A program made the translations under genes and the position numbers. The notes beneath the pieces are model-generated. The model was given only the letters and a program-made list of their open reading frames with translations. It made no database searches and was not told where the DNA came from. A stretch of 64,000 nucleotides of DNA from contig CAJQLW010000010.1 of assembly GCA_905479325.1 (NCBI GenBank), positions 1,333 through 65,332 of the forward strand. The letters are read 5' to 3'. Position 1 is the first letter of the stretch. Each line of letters begins with the position of its first letter. Below, in pieces: positions 18,932 through 28,609 of the stretch. Source of the stretch: an uncultured Flavobacteriales bacterium (GTDB taxonomy: Bacteria; Bacteroidota; Bacteroidia; Flavobacteriales_E; Vicingaceae).

Positions 18932-20188
18932 ATGAAATTTGAAGAATATCCCATATCAGACGGAATTAAGAAGAGTATCAGTAAACAAGGTTTTAAAAAA
19001 CCTACTGATATTCAATACAAAGCAATTCCTAATATTTTGCGGGGAGAAGACGTTTTGGCCATTGCCCAAACTGGTACAGGAAAAACGGCAGCCTTCGTAA
19101 TTCCTATTTTACATTTGCTGCACATTAAAAAAATCATTCGAAAAAGTGCCGGAATTAAATGTTTGGTAATGGCACCTACCCATGAATTGGCTTTGCAAAT
19201 TCATGAAGTATTTCTTTCGTTAGCTAAGCATACTAAAGTAAGTAGTTTCTGCATTCATGGCGGTGTAGATCAAGACCCTCAAAAAGAAAGGCTCTCTGAG
19301 GGCATAGATATTTTGATAGCAACTCCGGGTCGGTTGTTTGATTTGGTGAGTCAAGGAGATGTGAAATTAGATGGATTAGAGATTTTAGTGCTTGATGAGG
19401 CGGATCATATGTTAGACTTGGGTTTTATCAAAGACATACAAGATTTAATGCGCCACATTCCGGCCAAGCGTCAAACATTATTCTTTTCAGCAACCATTAC
19501 AGAGAAGATTAAAAAATTAGCTTACTCCTTGGTAACGAATCCTATTCGAATTCAAATTTCGCCAAAAGATCCTGTAGCAAAGAACATAGAACACGCTGTT
19601 GCATTCATTGAAATGGAAGATAAGCGTTTCTTTTTAGGAAATATGATGCAAGAGTATCCTGAACGAAAAACCTTGGTTTTTGTACGTACTAAGGTTCGGG
19701 CAGAGCGGTTGCTAAAAGCGCTAGAAAGACAAGGTTTAAATGCAATTACCATTCATGGTGATAAAGATCAGAAAGAACGGGAGAAAAGCATGCAAGCCTT
19801 TCGAAAAGGAGAACAGAAAACATTGATTGCAACTGATATAAGTGCTCGAGGAATTGATGTTCCAAATGTTGATTTTGTGGTGAATTATGATTTGCCTGAT
19901 AGCGCTGAGCAGTATGTTCACAGAGTTGGAAGAACCGGAAGAGGCCGAGAGAAAGGCCAAGCGTTGTCGTTTTGTGCAGCAGAAGAGTTAGAGCTTTTAA
20001 ATGAAATAGATGACAATTTAGGCAAACCCATTGCTCGGTTAGATATTTCTAAGAAGGATTATCAGATGACAAAATCTTCTGTGGTGGAGAATGAAAATGA
20101 AGACTGGCAGGGTTTGTTAAAGCAGGCTGAAGTGGAAGATAAAAATTGGGAAGCCAAAAAGAAAAAAAGGCGAAAGAATAAAAAATAG
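18932..20188 (+). CDS. DEAD-box RNA helicase (RhlE-like) with a basic C-terminal tail
   Basis: AQTGTGKTAAF, DEAD (VLDEADHML), SAT, HRVGRTGRG. Ends in KKKKRRKNKK. Confidence 0.9.
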   Translation: MKFEEYPISDGIKKSISKQGFKKPTDIQYKAIPNILRGEDVLAIAQTGTGKTAAFVIPILHLLHIKKIIRKSAGIKCLVMAPTHELALQIHEVFLSLAKHTKVSSFCIHGGVDQDPQKERLSEGIDILIATPGRLFDLVSQGDVKLDGLEILVLDEADHMLDLGFIKDIQDLMRHIPAKRQTLFFSATITEKIKKLAYSLVTNPIRIQISPKDPVAKNIEHAVAFIEMEDKRFFLGNMMQEYPERKTLVFVRTKVRAERLLKALERQGLNAITIHGDKDQKEREKSMQAFRKGEQKTLIATDISARGIDVPNVDFVVNYDLPDSAEQYVHRVGRTGRGREKGQALSFCAAEELELLNEIDDNLGKPIARLDISKKDYQMTKSSVVENENEDWQGLLKQAEVEDKNWEAKKKKRRKNKK

Positions 20189-20238
20189 TTACTGTAAAAC
20201 AGAAAATAACTTAAATCGTTTAGCTAAAAACCAAACGA

Positions 20239-21480
20239 ATGTCGAAAGAAGGAAAGAGAATAAACATTATTGGCGCAGGTATTAGTGGTTTAGTTGCTGC
20301 TATTGTTCTTGAAAACGAAGGTTATGCACCACATATCTTTGAGAAAACGGATCGCGTTGGTGGTCGTGTTAAATCTGAATTGAAGGGAGAGTTTATTTTT
20401 GACCACGGGTTTCAAGTGTTGCTAGAAGCTTATCCGATGGCTCAAAAATACTTGGATTACAATGCATTAAATTTACAACAGTTTTGGCCCGGTTCTGTTA
20501 TCTTCGAGGATAAAAAGCCCAGTAAATTCGGTGACCCGTTAAGAAATAGCAATTTATTGCTACCAACATTTTTTAGCAAACATGCAACTTTAATAGATAA
20601 GTTTAAGGTCTTTCGTTTAAATAATGAATTAAAGGAACAGTCGCTAGCGTCTATATTTCAAAAGGAGGAGCTAACCACGCTTGACTATTTGAAAAAGAGA
20701 GGTTTTTCCGAACGGATTATTCACGACTTTTTTCAGCCCTTTTTCAGCGGTATATTCCTAGAAACAGAGCTTTCTACTTCAAGCCGAATGTTTGAATTTG
20801 TGTTTAAAATGTTTGCAGAAGGAGCAGCGAGTGTGCTTAAGGAGGGTATTGAAGCCATTCCAAAACAGCTCGCTAGCAAATTAAAAAACAGTACGTTTCA
20901 TTTTAACGTAAGCGTTTCAAATGTTGCTGATGCTGGAATTACAATTGAAGGCTTGCCGTTAGTTTTGAGTGATGCTACCATTGTGGCAACTGAAGCAGAT
21001 GAGCTAATTAGTAACTTAAGGAATCAAAAAATTCCGTGGAAGTCTTGTCACTGTTTGTATTTTGAAACTGAGAAAAAAGTAATTCCAGAAAAATTGATTG
21101 GCCTATTACCGGGAAGGCATTTGGTTAATAACTTACATTATGTGAACAGTTTGACCGGAAGTGCCAAAAATTTACTTTCGGTTACTGTAGTTGATAATCA
21201 AGGATTTGATGGAAAGGAATTAGAGGAGAAGGTCAGAAAGGAACTAACATCGTTGTGTGGAATAGAAACTGGCACTTTACAGCACTCGTTTGTTATTCCA
21301 AAGGCCTTACCTCAGTTAAAGAACATTCAATACGAGATACCTGCCTCACAAACCCAACTGCTAGATCGTGTATTTTTGGCTGGTGATGTGACCTTAAACG
21401 GATCACTGAACGCTGCCATGATGGCTGGAGAAAAAGCTGCTGAGGCTGTGATAAATAAATTTCAAAACGCCCTTATTTAG
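20239..21480 (+). CDS. FAD/NAD(P)-binding amine-oxidase / desaturase-like oxidoreductase
   Basis: N-terminal dinucleotide fold IIGAGISGLVAA…E…RVGGR and a C-terminal FAD motif (FLAGD). Confidence 0.75.
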   Translation: MSKEGKRINIIGAGISGLVAAIVLENEGYAPHIFEKTDRVGGRVKSELKGEFIFDHGFQVLLEAYPMAQKYLDYNALNLQQFWPGSVIFEDKKPSKFGDPLRNSNLLLPTFFSKHATLIDKFKVFRLNNELKEQSLASIFQKEELTTLDYLKKRGFSERIIHDFFQPFFSGIFLETELSTSSRMFEFVFKMFAEGAASVLKEGIEAIPKQLASKLKNSTFHFNVSVSNVADAGITIEGLPLVLSDATIVATEADELISNLRNQKIPWKSCHCLYFETEKKVIPEKLIGLLPGRHLVNNLHYVNSLTGSAKNLLSVTVVDNQGFDGKELEEKVRKELTSLCGIETGTLQHSFVIPKALPQLKNIQYEIPASQTQLLDRVFLAGDVTLNGSLNAAMMAGEKAAEAVINKFQNALI

Positions 21481-22777
21481 CAACCAACTCTAAGGTAGTT
21501 TCATAAATAGGTTTTTCAACCATCTTCGACTTAAGCCACGCATAAAAGCACATTAAAAACAAGTCCTCTTGTTCTGAAGGTTTTTGAATAATTTGACGCT
21601 CTACTTTTTTATGGAAGTTCGGTGTTCTCGAAATTTTGGGATCTCGAAACACTTCCTTTACTAGCTTTAAAAAAGGCAATACCTGAAATGTTGATTTTAT
21701 TTTAAGGTAGTCCCTGTATTTTTTCACCAAGCTTTGAATTCTCGACTCAACAAAGTCGATGTTGTCTAATTCAATGTGCAGCAATATTTCAATGTATCGC
21801 TTATTCAGCAACCAATCTTTGCCCATATACTGTTCATAGAATTTATCGTTTTCTTGAAATTGACTAAATAGTTTCGCCGTTTTCTTATAGTCTTGCTGCT
21901 GAAAAGCAATCATACTTCGAATTAAAGTGGCATTTAAACTATTTAATTTGGTGCATTCTGCTGAAGCTAAAAAAGCATCTAACAATAAGGATGCTCTTTT
22001 GTAACTTCCTGTAAAATTGAAAATAAGGGTAAGCAAGGACAGGTATCTCGGTGCAAACCGCGACTCATATAATCCACCTTCTCGGCTCATTTGAGTTTTC
22101 ATTTCAGTCAAAAACGATAAGCTTTGAGAAAAGTCTTTTTTCCTAAAATAGATGTTCGCAATCAGATAAAGTAATTTGATGTGGGAGGGCAATTGATCTG
22201 CGCTACTTTCCCCTTTTTTTTCAAGTTCCCTCAACCTATCTATAAAGTACGTATTTACCTCAGAGTAATTCTTGGTAAAACTTCCTTGAGCATCAGCAAT
22301 GCTAACTATTTGAAGTAAATCTTTGTAGTTGTAAATCTGCGTAGTTGTGGAGTGTAATTGATTGGAATAGCTTTCAAACAGCAGGCTGACATTTACTTCC
22401 TTATTTTCAAATTCAGCCTCTCTAAAGGCCTTTTTTAGTTTTGCGTTGGCCATCCCTTGTTTTTCCTGAGCAACGTATTGTGAGAGGTTGGTAGTGAGTT
22501 TTTTAGAAACTATTTTCTGTTCTAAACGAATGTCATTGGCCGAACATTCCACCGTGCTGTGGTATATTTCATTTAAAATAGACAAGACTTGGTTTGAAAG
22601 GGCTACTTCTTGCGCCTTTTCTAAAATTGAATAGGCACTTTTATACTTTTTAAATCGAATTAATTTTCTTGCTAAGAGTAATTTCTTTATTAATTCTACT
22701 TCAATTTGAGCCTCTTGTTCTACAATCTTTTCTGCAATAAAACTGCCCAGATTATCTTTCAATCTCTTTTTGATCAC
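21473..22777 (-). CDS. Helical-repeat (TPR-like) hypothetical protein; probably the 3' part of a gene interrupted by an in-frame TGA
   Basis: The 434-aa ORF starts at a GTG. The same frame continues upstream through the TGA at 22796..22798 for 51 more codons, to the TTG at 22951. Confidence 0.6.
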   Translation of the reverse strand: MIKKRLKDNLGSFIAEKIVEQEAQIEVELIKKLLLARKLIRFKKYKSAYSILEKAQEVALSNQVLSILNEIYHSTVECSANDIRLEQKIVSKKLTTNLSQYVAQEKQGMANAKLKKAFREAEFENKEVNVSLLFESYSNQLHSTTTQIYNYKDLLQIVSIADAQGSFTKNYSEVNTYFIDRLRELEKKGESSADQLPSHIKLLYLIANIYFRKKDFSQSLSFLTEMKTQMSREGGLYESRFAPRYLSLLTLIFNFTGSYKRASLLLDAFLASAECTKLNSLNATLIRSMIAFQQQDYKKTAKLFSQFQENDKFYEQYMGKDWLLNKRYIEILLHIELDNIDFVESRIQSLVKKYRDYLKIKSTFQVLPFLKLVKEVFRDPKISRTPNFHKKVERQIIQKPSEQEDLFLMCFYAWLKSKMVEKPIYETTLELVAK

Positions 22778-23103
22778 CCGAAAACGATTATTTCCTCATT
22801 CGCTCTGCTTGGTTTCTGCCCGATCGTTTAAATAAGCTTTAAATAATTGAACACCTAAGTTGTTTCCGTTTTTATTCCGGGCGTTCAAGAATCGAACAAA
22901 CTCAGTTTTCTCTGAAGTAGAAAGGATAGAAAGTAAATCTGATATTTCCAAAGATTATCGTAATAAATAATAAATTAAACTATTTTATACTAATTATTTA
23001 AATATAAAAATAACGAATTAAATCGTAACGATTTGGTTGATTTTACTTTTTTTGAGACGTAACATTTTAACACTTTTGTCACATCATTTTAAATTTAAAA
23101 AAC

Positions 23104-23604
23104 ATGAAACAAGATGTATTTATGACGGAAGAGCAAAACGAAGACGTTGTTACCGTTAAAAAAGTGAAGGAGAAGGAGATGAAGCCAAAGGGAAATTGGA
23201 ATGATTTTGGACTTAAGCCAACGCCCGCTTTTGTGTGTGCAGCTTGGTTGTGTTTGGGAATAGGTTTACTATCTTATTGTATTGGATTATGGAACTCTAA
23301 TCTGCTATTAAGTGAAAAGGGATTTTATTTCACCTTAATTCTATTTGGGTTATTCTCTGTTATTTCAGTGCAGAAATGCGTTCGAGATAGAGTAGAAGGA
23401 ATTGAAGTAACTGATATTTATTATGGGATCAGTTGGTTCACCACCATTTGCTCTATTGTGTTGCTGCTAATAGGACTTAGAAATGCAGACATTAGTTTAA
23501 GTGAAAAAGGCTTTTTTGGCATGAGTTATATTTTAGCAACTTTTGCCGCAATAGCTGTTCAGAAAAATACAAGGGATACCAAATTATTAACTAAAATGGA
23601 TTAA
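23104..23604 (+). CDS. YiaA/YiaB-type inner-membrane protein (two 2-helix repeats)
   Basis: Two repeats, each with the motif LSEKGF(Y/F) flanked by paired TM helices. Confidence 0.6.
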   Translation: MKQDVFMTEEQNEDVVTVKKVKEKEMKPKGNWNDFGLKPTPAFVCAAWLCLGIGLLSYCIGLWNSNLLLSEKGFYFTLILFGLFSVISVQKCVRDRVEGIEVTDIYYGISWFTTICSIVLLLIGLRNADISLSEKGFFGMSYILATFAAIAVQKNTRDTKLLTKMD

Positions 23605-23675
23605 AAAGAGTCAAGTCTTTGATTCCTCAATTTTTTGTGTAAAATATTCTTTCAATTATACTTTTTTTTGATATA

Positions 23676-25145
23676 ATGAAAAAGATAAATATCAAATGTT
23701 TACAAGGAATTTGCACTGCTAGTTTAATTTTATTGCCATTTTTTGGTTTCGCTCAAAAAAATGAAAAGCGCGAGTTTAGAATGAAAGATATTCAGCCGAT
23801 AATTATTGATGAAAAAGTCAATGGCTACACCGTGTTTCTTCAAGATGATGAAGTAACTAAAAAGGATAAAAACTATTTTCTTGAGTTTTATGATATAGAA
23901 GGTAACTTAACATCCTCTCAAACTATAGTTCGTGGTGGATTTTACTATTTGCTAGAATGTTCTTTTAATGGGGAGTTGCTTTGCTTTAAATTTTTCAACC
24001 TTAACACAAAAGAACTTGTACTAGAGTTTTTTGATACCGATGGTAAACTCCAGTATTCAGACGTTATGGAATTAACAAAAGGAGAAAAACGAATCGTAAG
24101 TAGTTCAGCAATGGGTTACTTTCCTTGGCAGCCAACCTTAATTGCGGATAATGGAAAAGGGTTTGTAAACCATAGAGTTACCAGAGAAAAGAAAGAAGTG
24201 TATTTTACTACCAAATACTATACAAACCAAATTACTGTAGGATGGGAAATAAATTCTAAGGAGCAAAAACCTGCATCCGTTTATGACTATCCCTTTTCAA
24301 TTCAAGGTGATTTATTGTATACTCGACTTAGTGAAAATTACGGCATTTATGATGTAGGCTTAAGAATAAGCGTAGCAAAAACAGCCAAAGAATTGACTAC
24401 AATAATGTTTAAATCATCTCAACACAATAAACGAGTTACGAATATTCAAAATACCGCAGAAGGAAATGTATTTGTACTTGGCTATTTGTTGGGGTCAGAT
24501 GGCAAGAACGAGAGTGTTAACGGTCTTTTTAAATACGAATTAAATGAATCAGGGCAACAAATATCTTATGCAGAGTATAACTTCTTAGAACAAGAAATGG
24601 ACAATGACTTTATTTATTTTCACAATTTTTTAGTGTATAAAGATGATAATATTATTGCAATAGGGGAGTCAATAAGCTTACTTTCAGCTTCTACTTTCAC
24701 AAACAATGAGAAAAAGGGGCCGAGAATAAAAATTGGTGACATTAAAATCTTCAAGTTCAATAAGGACTTTAAAAAGATCGATTATTATAGTTTAGAAAAA
24801 ATAGATCGCAAAGTTCTTTTGCCTTATGGTTCTGAAATGGTTGGCATGTTAGCGCTATCTGACATAGCAAAAGAAGCAGAATATTTAGAATTTGTATGCG
24901 CCGATATTCAACCATTTGGTGCGAATATTTACTACAGCAATAAGGAAAAGAAAGAAGGGGAAAGAAACCTTTTGCTTTGTGCCAAATTAAAGTATGATGG
25001 GAAAACCAATAAAATCTCAAAAATAGATCTTGGCCCAAAAGCGAAACGGTTTAAAATAATGCCATCGACTAATGGGAATGTAGTGATTTCAGAATATTTG
25101 AAAAAAGAAAAAAAGTTAGTGTTTTATGATCAACAATTTGATTAA
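23676..25145 (+). CDS. Secreted hypothetical protein
   Basis: Signal peptide (…LPFFGFAQ). 489 aa that look beta-rich; no recognisable motif. Confidence 0.5.
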   Translation: MKKINIKCLQGICTASLILLPFFGFAQKNEKREFRMKDIQPIIIDEKVNGYTVFLQDDEVTKKDKNYFLEFYDIEGNLTSSQTIVRGGFYYLLECSFNGELLCFKFFNLNTKELVLEFFDTDGKLQYSDVMELTKGEKRIVSSSAMGYFPWQPTLIADNGKGFVNHRVTREKKEVYFTTKYYTNQITVGWEINSKEQKPASVYDYPFSIQGDLLYTRLSENYGIYDVGLRISVAKTAKELTTIMFKSSQHNKRVTNIQNTAEGNVFVLGYLLGSDGKNESVNGLFKYELNESGQQISYAEYNFLEQEMDNDFIYFHNFLVYKDDNIIAIGESISLLSASTFTNNEKKGPRIKIGDIKIFKFNKDFKKIDYYSLEKIDRKVLLPYGSEMVGMLALSDIAKEAEYLEFVCADIQPFGANIYYSNKEKKEGERNLLLCAKLKYDGKTNKISKIDLGPKAKRFKIMPSTNGNVVISEYLKKEKKLVFYDQQFD

Positions 25146-25164
25146 AGCCACTTGCGTTTATTAC

Positions 25165-25198
25165 AAAAAGTCATTAGTACACTGTTGACTTTTTTTTG
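25165..25198 (+). terminator. Intrinsic terminator
   Basis: Stem aaaaagtca / tgacttttt followed by a T-run. Confidence 0.55.
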
Positions 25199-25296
25199 TT
25201 TACATCTGTCAAAATTGTAGTATTAGTAAAATAAATAATAATCAATATTTAGCGGGTAACTGTAAAAATATATCGAGTAAAATACCTAGAGTTATT

Positions 25297-25304
25297 TACA
25301 TTTG
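25297..25304 (+). promoter_or_regulatory. -7 box (TACATTTG)
   Basis: Matches TAnnTTTG, 14 nt before the ATG at 25318. Confidence 0.4.
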
Positions 25305-25317
25305 CAAAAAACATATT

Positions 25318-25791
25318 ATGAAAAAACTAAATTACATTGCGCTTTCTATTTCAGCCCTTTGCCTAATGGCTGTTGTGTATTCCTTTATCTTAGTTGATAA
25401 AGGGTACGAATTTAAAACGGTTACAATTATTGAATCAATTGTGCCCAATGGTGTTGGACGGTCAAGAATTATTAACTCAATGGGCGAGCGAGACTACAAA
25501 GAGTTTAGCAAAATAATGACGGAAGATGACAATTCAAGAAACAAAGCAGACCGTGGCGAAATTCGGGTAAAGGAATACGAAGAAACCAAGTTGTTGAACT
25601 TTTACAACATTGGAGGTATTCGTTTTCAAAACATTGCTGCCAACGATGCGGTAATTGACTCAAGAGTGAATGCCTTTTTGGATGAAGGATGGGAAATCAT
25701 CAGCATCAACTCAGCAGTTGAGGCCTATGGTGGCAAGGATGATTCCAATGGTTTATTCTTAACCAGATTCTATTTTAAGAAGAAAAAATAA
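25318..25791 (+). CDS. Membrane-anchored hypothetical protein
   Basis: One N-terminal TM helix followed by a soluble ~120-aa domain. Flanked by a -7 box and a terminator. Confidence 0.5.
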   Translation: MKKLNYIALSISALCLMAVVYSFILVDKGYEFKTVTIIESIVPNGVGRSRIINSMGERDYKEFSKIMTEDDNSRNKADRGEIRVKEYEETKLLNFYNIGGIRFQNIAANDAVIDSRVNAFLDEGWEIISINSAVEAYGGKDDSNGLFLTRFYFKKKK

Positions 25792-25809
25792 GTTCAATTT
25801 AAATTACTA

Positions 25810-25840
25810 AAAGCCAATACAGTTGTGTTGGCTTTTTTTG
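25810..25840 (+). terminator. Intrinsic terminator
   Basis: Stem agccaa…ttggct followed by TTTTTTT. Confidence 0.55.
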
Positions 25841-25937
25841 CAATAAATGAAATTCTTTATAGTTGAGTGCGAGGCACCAGCGGTTCGGTAAAATACGCAA
25901 TCCCATCTTGCTTGTATGAGGAATAGATGTTAAACGA

Positions 25938-26769
25938 CTAAATATTAAAGTAAAGCCCTAACCCCAACCAATCTATTTTTTGCTGTTCGTATTGAGAGTA
26001 GGGAAGGTGGCCGGTGTAATATTCTAGCACTATTCTTATCGGTTCGTTTTTGGTTTTACTGCGATACGCCAAGCCAATAGCCGCTTTAAGGTTTAAATTA
26101 AAATCGGTTTCCTGAAAACCTTTTAGCACAAAACCTCCTGTTAAACTGTGTTTTTTTTTCGCGGTTGGTTCGATCCATTCCAACAATGTATGAAAAGGGC
26201 AAACGCAGTGCATCTGGTCGTATAACACTGCCAATACCTGCAATTAACTTCGATTGAATTTTTGGGATTTGCCTGAAATAGGTGAATTCCAATTGCTCGT
26301 AATTCACTTTGTTCGGAGTGTACGAGTTGATGCTATTGCGTATAATGTAATCGTCTCCCAAATGAGAGGAAACATGAAAGAACCGTATTCGGTAGGTATG
26401 TATTTCATCAATTTGCCTTACGTAACTAAAAGCTACCTTATAGTCAATGTTGATCAAGTTTCGTTGCTGTATTCCTTCAACTTCAAGCCACTCAAATTGG
26501 GTAAAAACACCCATTTCGCTAACAATTTCCCATGATTTTTGGGAGCTAATTTGTTTGTAGAAAATGGATTGATCCACCCCAACGCTAAACGGTAAGTATT
26601 GCTCTTTGGTAACATTTTCTGATAAAACACCGTTAATGCTACCTGACATTTGAATCTCTGTGGGATCTAAAAATATATTGGTTTGAGTAGAGCGATTGCT
26701 CATCCAACCTGATTGGGCAAATGAACTGAAAACTAGGAGAGAGAAGAGGGGAAATAGAATGGATTTCAC
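25938..26769 (-). pseudogene. DUF1207-like outer-membrane protein gene, frameshifted at an A9 tract
   Basis: ORFs 26098..26769 (signal peptide, HVSSHLGDD motif) and 25938..26243 (beta-strand-like C-terminus ending LGLGLYFNI) overlap in different frames. A 9-nt homopolymer lies at 26151..26159. Confidence 0.6.
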
Positions 26770-26937
26770 AAGGTATATTTTTTTGCGAATATATATTATT
26801 TTACAATAATCTCAACTCGAAAAAATAGGCCGCTTAAAACAGCTATAGCAGTTAGACGTGAGACCACGCTTTATAACCAATAACACTTTTGAGTTCGGAT
26901 TATTTTCACTAACATAGCACTGTAATACTAAAACAAC

Positions 26938-27363
26938 ATGAAAACAAAAGTTCCTCGCAGTTATTGGTTTATTTCTACTCTTGCCTTGATTTGGAATGCC
27001 TTGGGTTGTTTGGCTTATTTAAGCATGCAATTAATGCCCCAAGGTGCTTTGGAAGCTATGCCTGAAGCCGAACGCGCGCTATTTGAAAGTACTCCAGAGT
27101 GGGTGACATCGGCCTTTGCCATTTCTGTATGGTTTGGATTACTCGGTTGTATCTTTTTATTGCTGAGAAAATCTTTGGCTCATCCGATTCTTATTGTTTC
27201 ATTCATTGGAATTGTAACACAACAAATTTGGAATTTCTTTATTGGGAAAACCTTTGAAGTTTTTCCACCGGAGCAGGCACTCATGCCAATTGTAGTAGTA
27301 TTGATTGGAATTTATTTGATTTACTACTCTAAAAGAGCAAAAACCAACAATTGGATTAACTAG
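26938..27363 (+). CDS. Four-TM membrane protein, unknown function
   Basis: Four hydrophobic helices. Followed by a terminator. Confidence 0.5.
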   Translation: MKTKVPRSYWFISTLALIWNALGCLAYLSMQLMPQGALEAMPEAERALFESTPEWVTSAFAISVWFGLLGCIFLLLRKSLAHPILIVSFIGIVTQQIWNFFIGKTFEVFPPEQALMPIVVVLIGIYLIYYSKRAKTNNWIN

Positions 27364-27389
27364 GCTTATGCCAACCAAGCCAATTGGGA

Positions 27390-27416
27390 GCCTCGTCAGT
27401 TTGACGGGGCTTTTTT
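27390..27416 (+). terminator. Intrinsic terminator
   Basis: Stem gcctcgtc / gacggggc (one G-U pair), 5-nt loop, TTTTTT. Confidence 0.7.
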
Positions 27417-27689
27417 ATGCCATGGCAAACATGGCCAAGAATACGCAACTAACAAACAGAATGGTGAGTAGCAAAAGGTCTTGAGATTTTGTTTTCATGC
27501 AAAGTATTTAGAGGTAGACTCCAAATAAGCCGAAAACGATGCTTGAAGCAATCATTATTTCTTTTACCTTGCAGAGCCGGTAAAAAACTAGAAATAGGAG
27601 AGTGGTCCTTCTAAAAAAAACAATACGACAACACTTCTTGCTGTTGTTGCGTCTTATCAAAGTAAATACGAACCAATCATCTGAAACCA

Positions 27690-28328
27690 ATGAAATACAT
27701 CAGTTCAATAATTCTCATTTGTATTACTCAATTTGTTGTGGCACAAAGCATTGTTCAGTTGCGAACAGTGCCAAGCAGCCCGTTATCAACAGATACCGTT
27801 TATGTATTGGCCGACTTGCAATTTCCTTCATCGGATTGTGTTTTGGACACTAAAAGTCATCAAATCAATGGGAATACCATTTCTGCATCATCGCATCATT
27901 GTGTGGGAATTGCAACCGCAATATGCAATGCCACCGACACGTTTAAACTAGGTGTTTTAGGCAGTGGCAGTTACACATTTAGCATTACCTTAACGAATGG
28001 TGGCGGCCAAGTTCCGTGTTCGCCGGGAATTGTTATTAGCGATATGGATACGTTGACTTTTTCAGTACAATCTAGTCTGGGAATTAAAGATGTTGTTTTA
28101 CCGAGCTTTAGCCTATATCCAAATCCTGCACAAGATTTTGTCAGGTTGTCTGATGCGTATCATCCAATTGCTAAAACAGTAAAAATTGTTGCTGTAACTG
28201 GTGCGGTAGTTTTTGAAAGCGATACACCCAAAGAGAAAATTGATGTTTCTGGATTAACACCTGGAGTGTATACCATCGAGATCTATCATAACACCGGAAT
28301 GGCCACAGCGAAATTTGTGAAGGAGTAG
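27690..28328 (+). CDS. T9SS-sorted secreted protein of unknown function
   Basis: Signal peptide and CTD (FSLYPNPAQDFV…GVYTIEIYHNTGMATAKFVKE). Confidence 0.6.
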   Translation: MKYISSIILICITQFVVAQSIVQLRTVPSSPLSTDTVYVLADLQFPSSDCVLDTKSHQINGNTISASSHHCVGIATAICNATDTFKLGVLGSGSYTFSITLTNGGGQVPCSPGIVISDMDTLTFSVQSSLGIKDVVLPSFSLYPNPAQDFVRLSDAYHPIAKTVKIVAVTGAVVFESDTPKEKIDVSGLTPGVYTIEIYHNTGMATAKFVKE

Positions 28329-28609
28329 TATTATAGAAGGTGGTACTATTTACCTTTCAAAATACATAATTTAACATAATATTAATTATAGGACAAAAGC
28401 AAGTAAATCTCGTAATAGCCGTATTTCGGCTATTTACACATAATATCAGATATAACGTCTTTAGACTTATATCGACTGATATTATGTTAAGAGATTGCTG
28501 CGTTATTCTTTAGATCCTATAATGTATATTATGTCTCCGCTACGCTTCGGGCTAAACGTCGTAAGCTCACTATTTGCGTTATTTAACTTAACCTTGTAAA
28601 AAATATACG

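Noticed and set aside
22796-22798. The in-frame TGA read as selenocysteine, or the TGA/TAG codons read as a reassigned genetic code
   Set aside because: I see no SECIS-like hairpin immediately downstream of the TGA, and the protein is not of a selenoprotein family. TGA (for example at 3470..3472 and 4477..4479), TAG and TAA all terminate well-conserved genes at the expected lengths in this window.
27508-27951. ORFs 27508..27690 (-), 27602..27853 (+) and 27733..27951 (+)
   Set aside because: They overlap the 5' region of the T9SS cargo gene 27690..28328, or lie in the upstream gap, and have Cys/Arg-rich nonsense-like products. The 212-aa frame has a signal peptide and a CTD.
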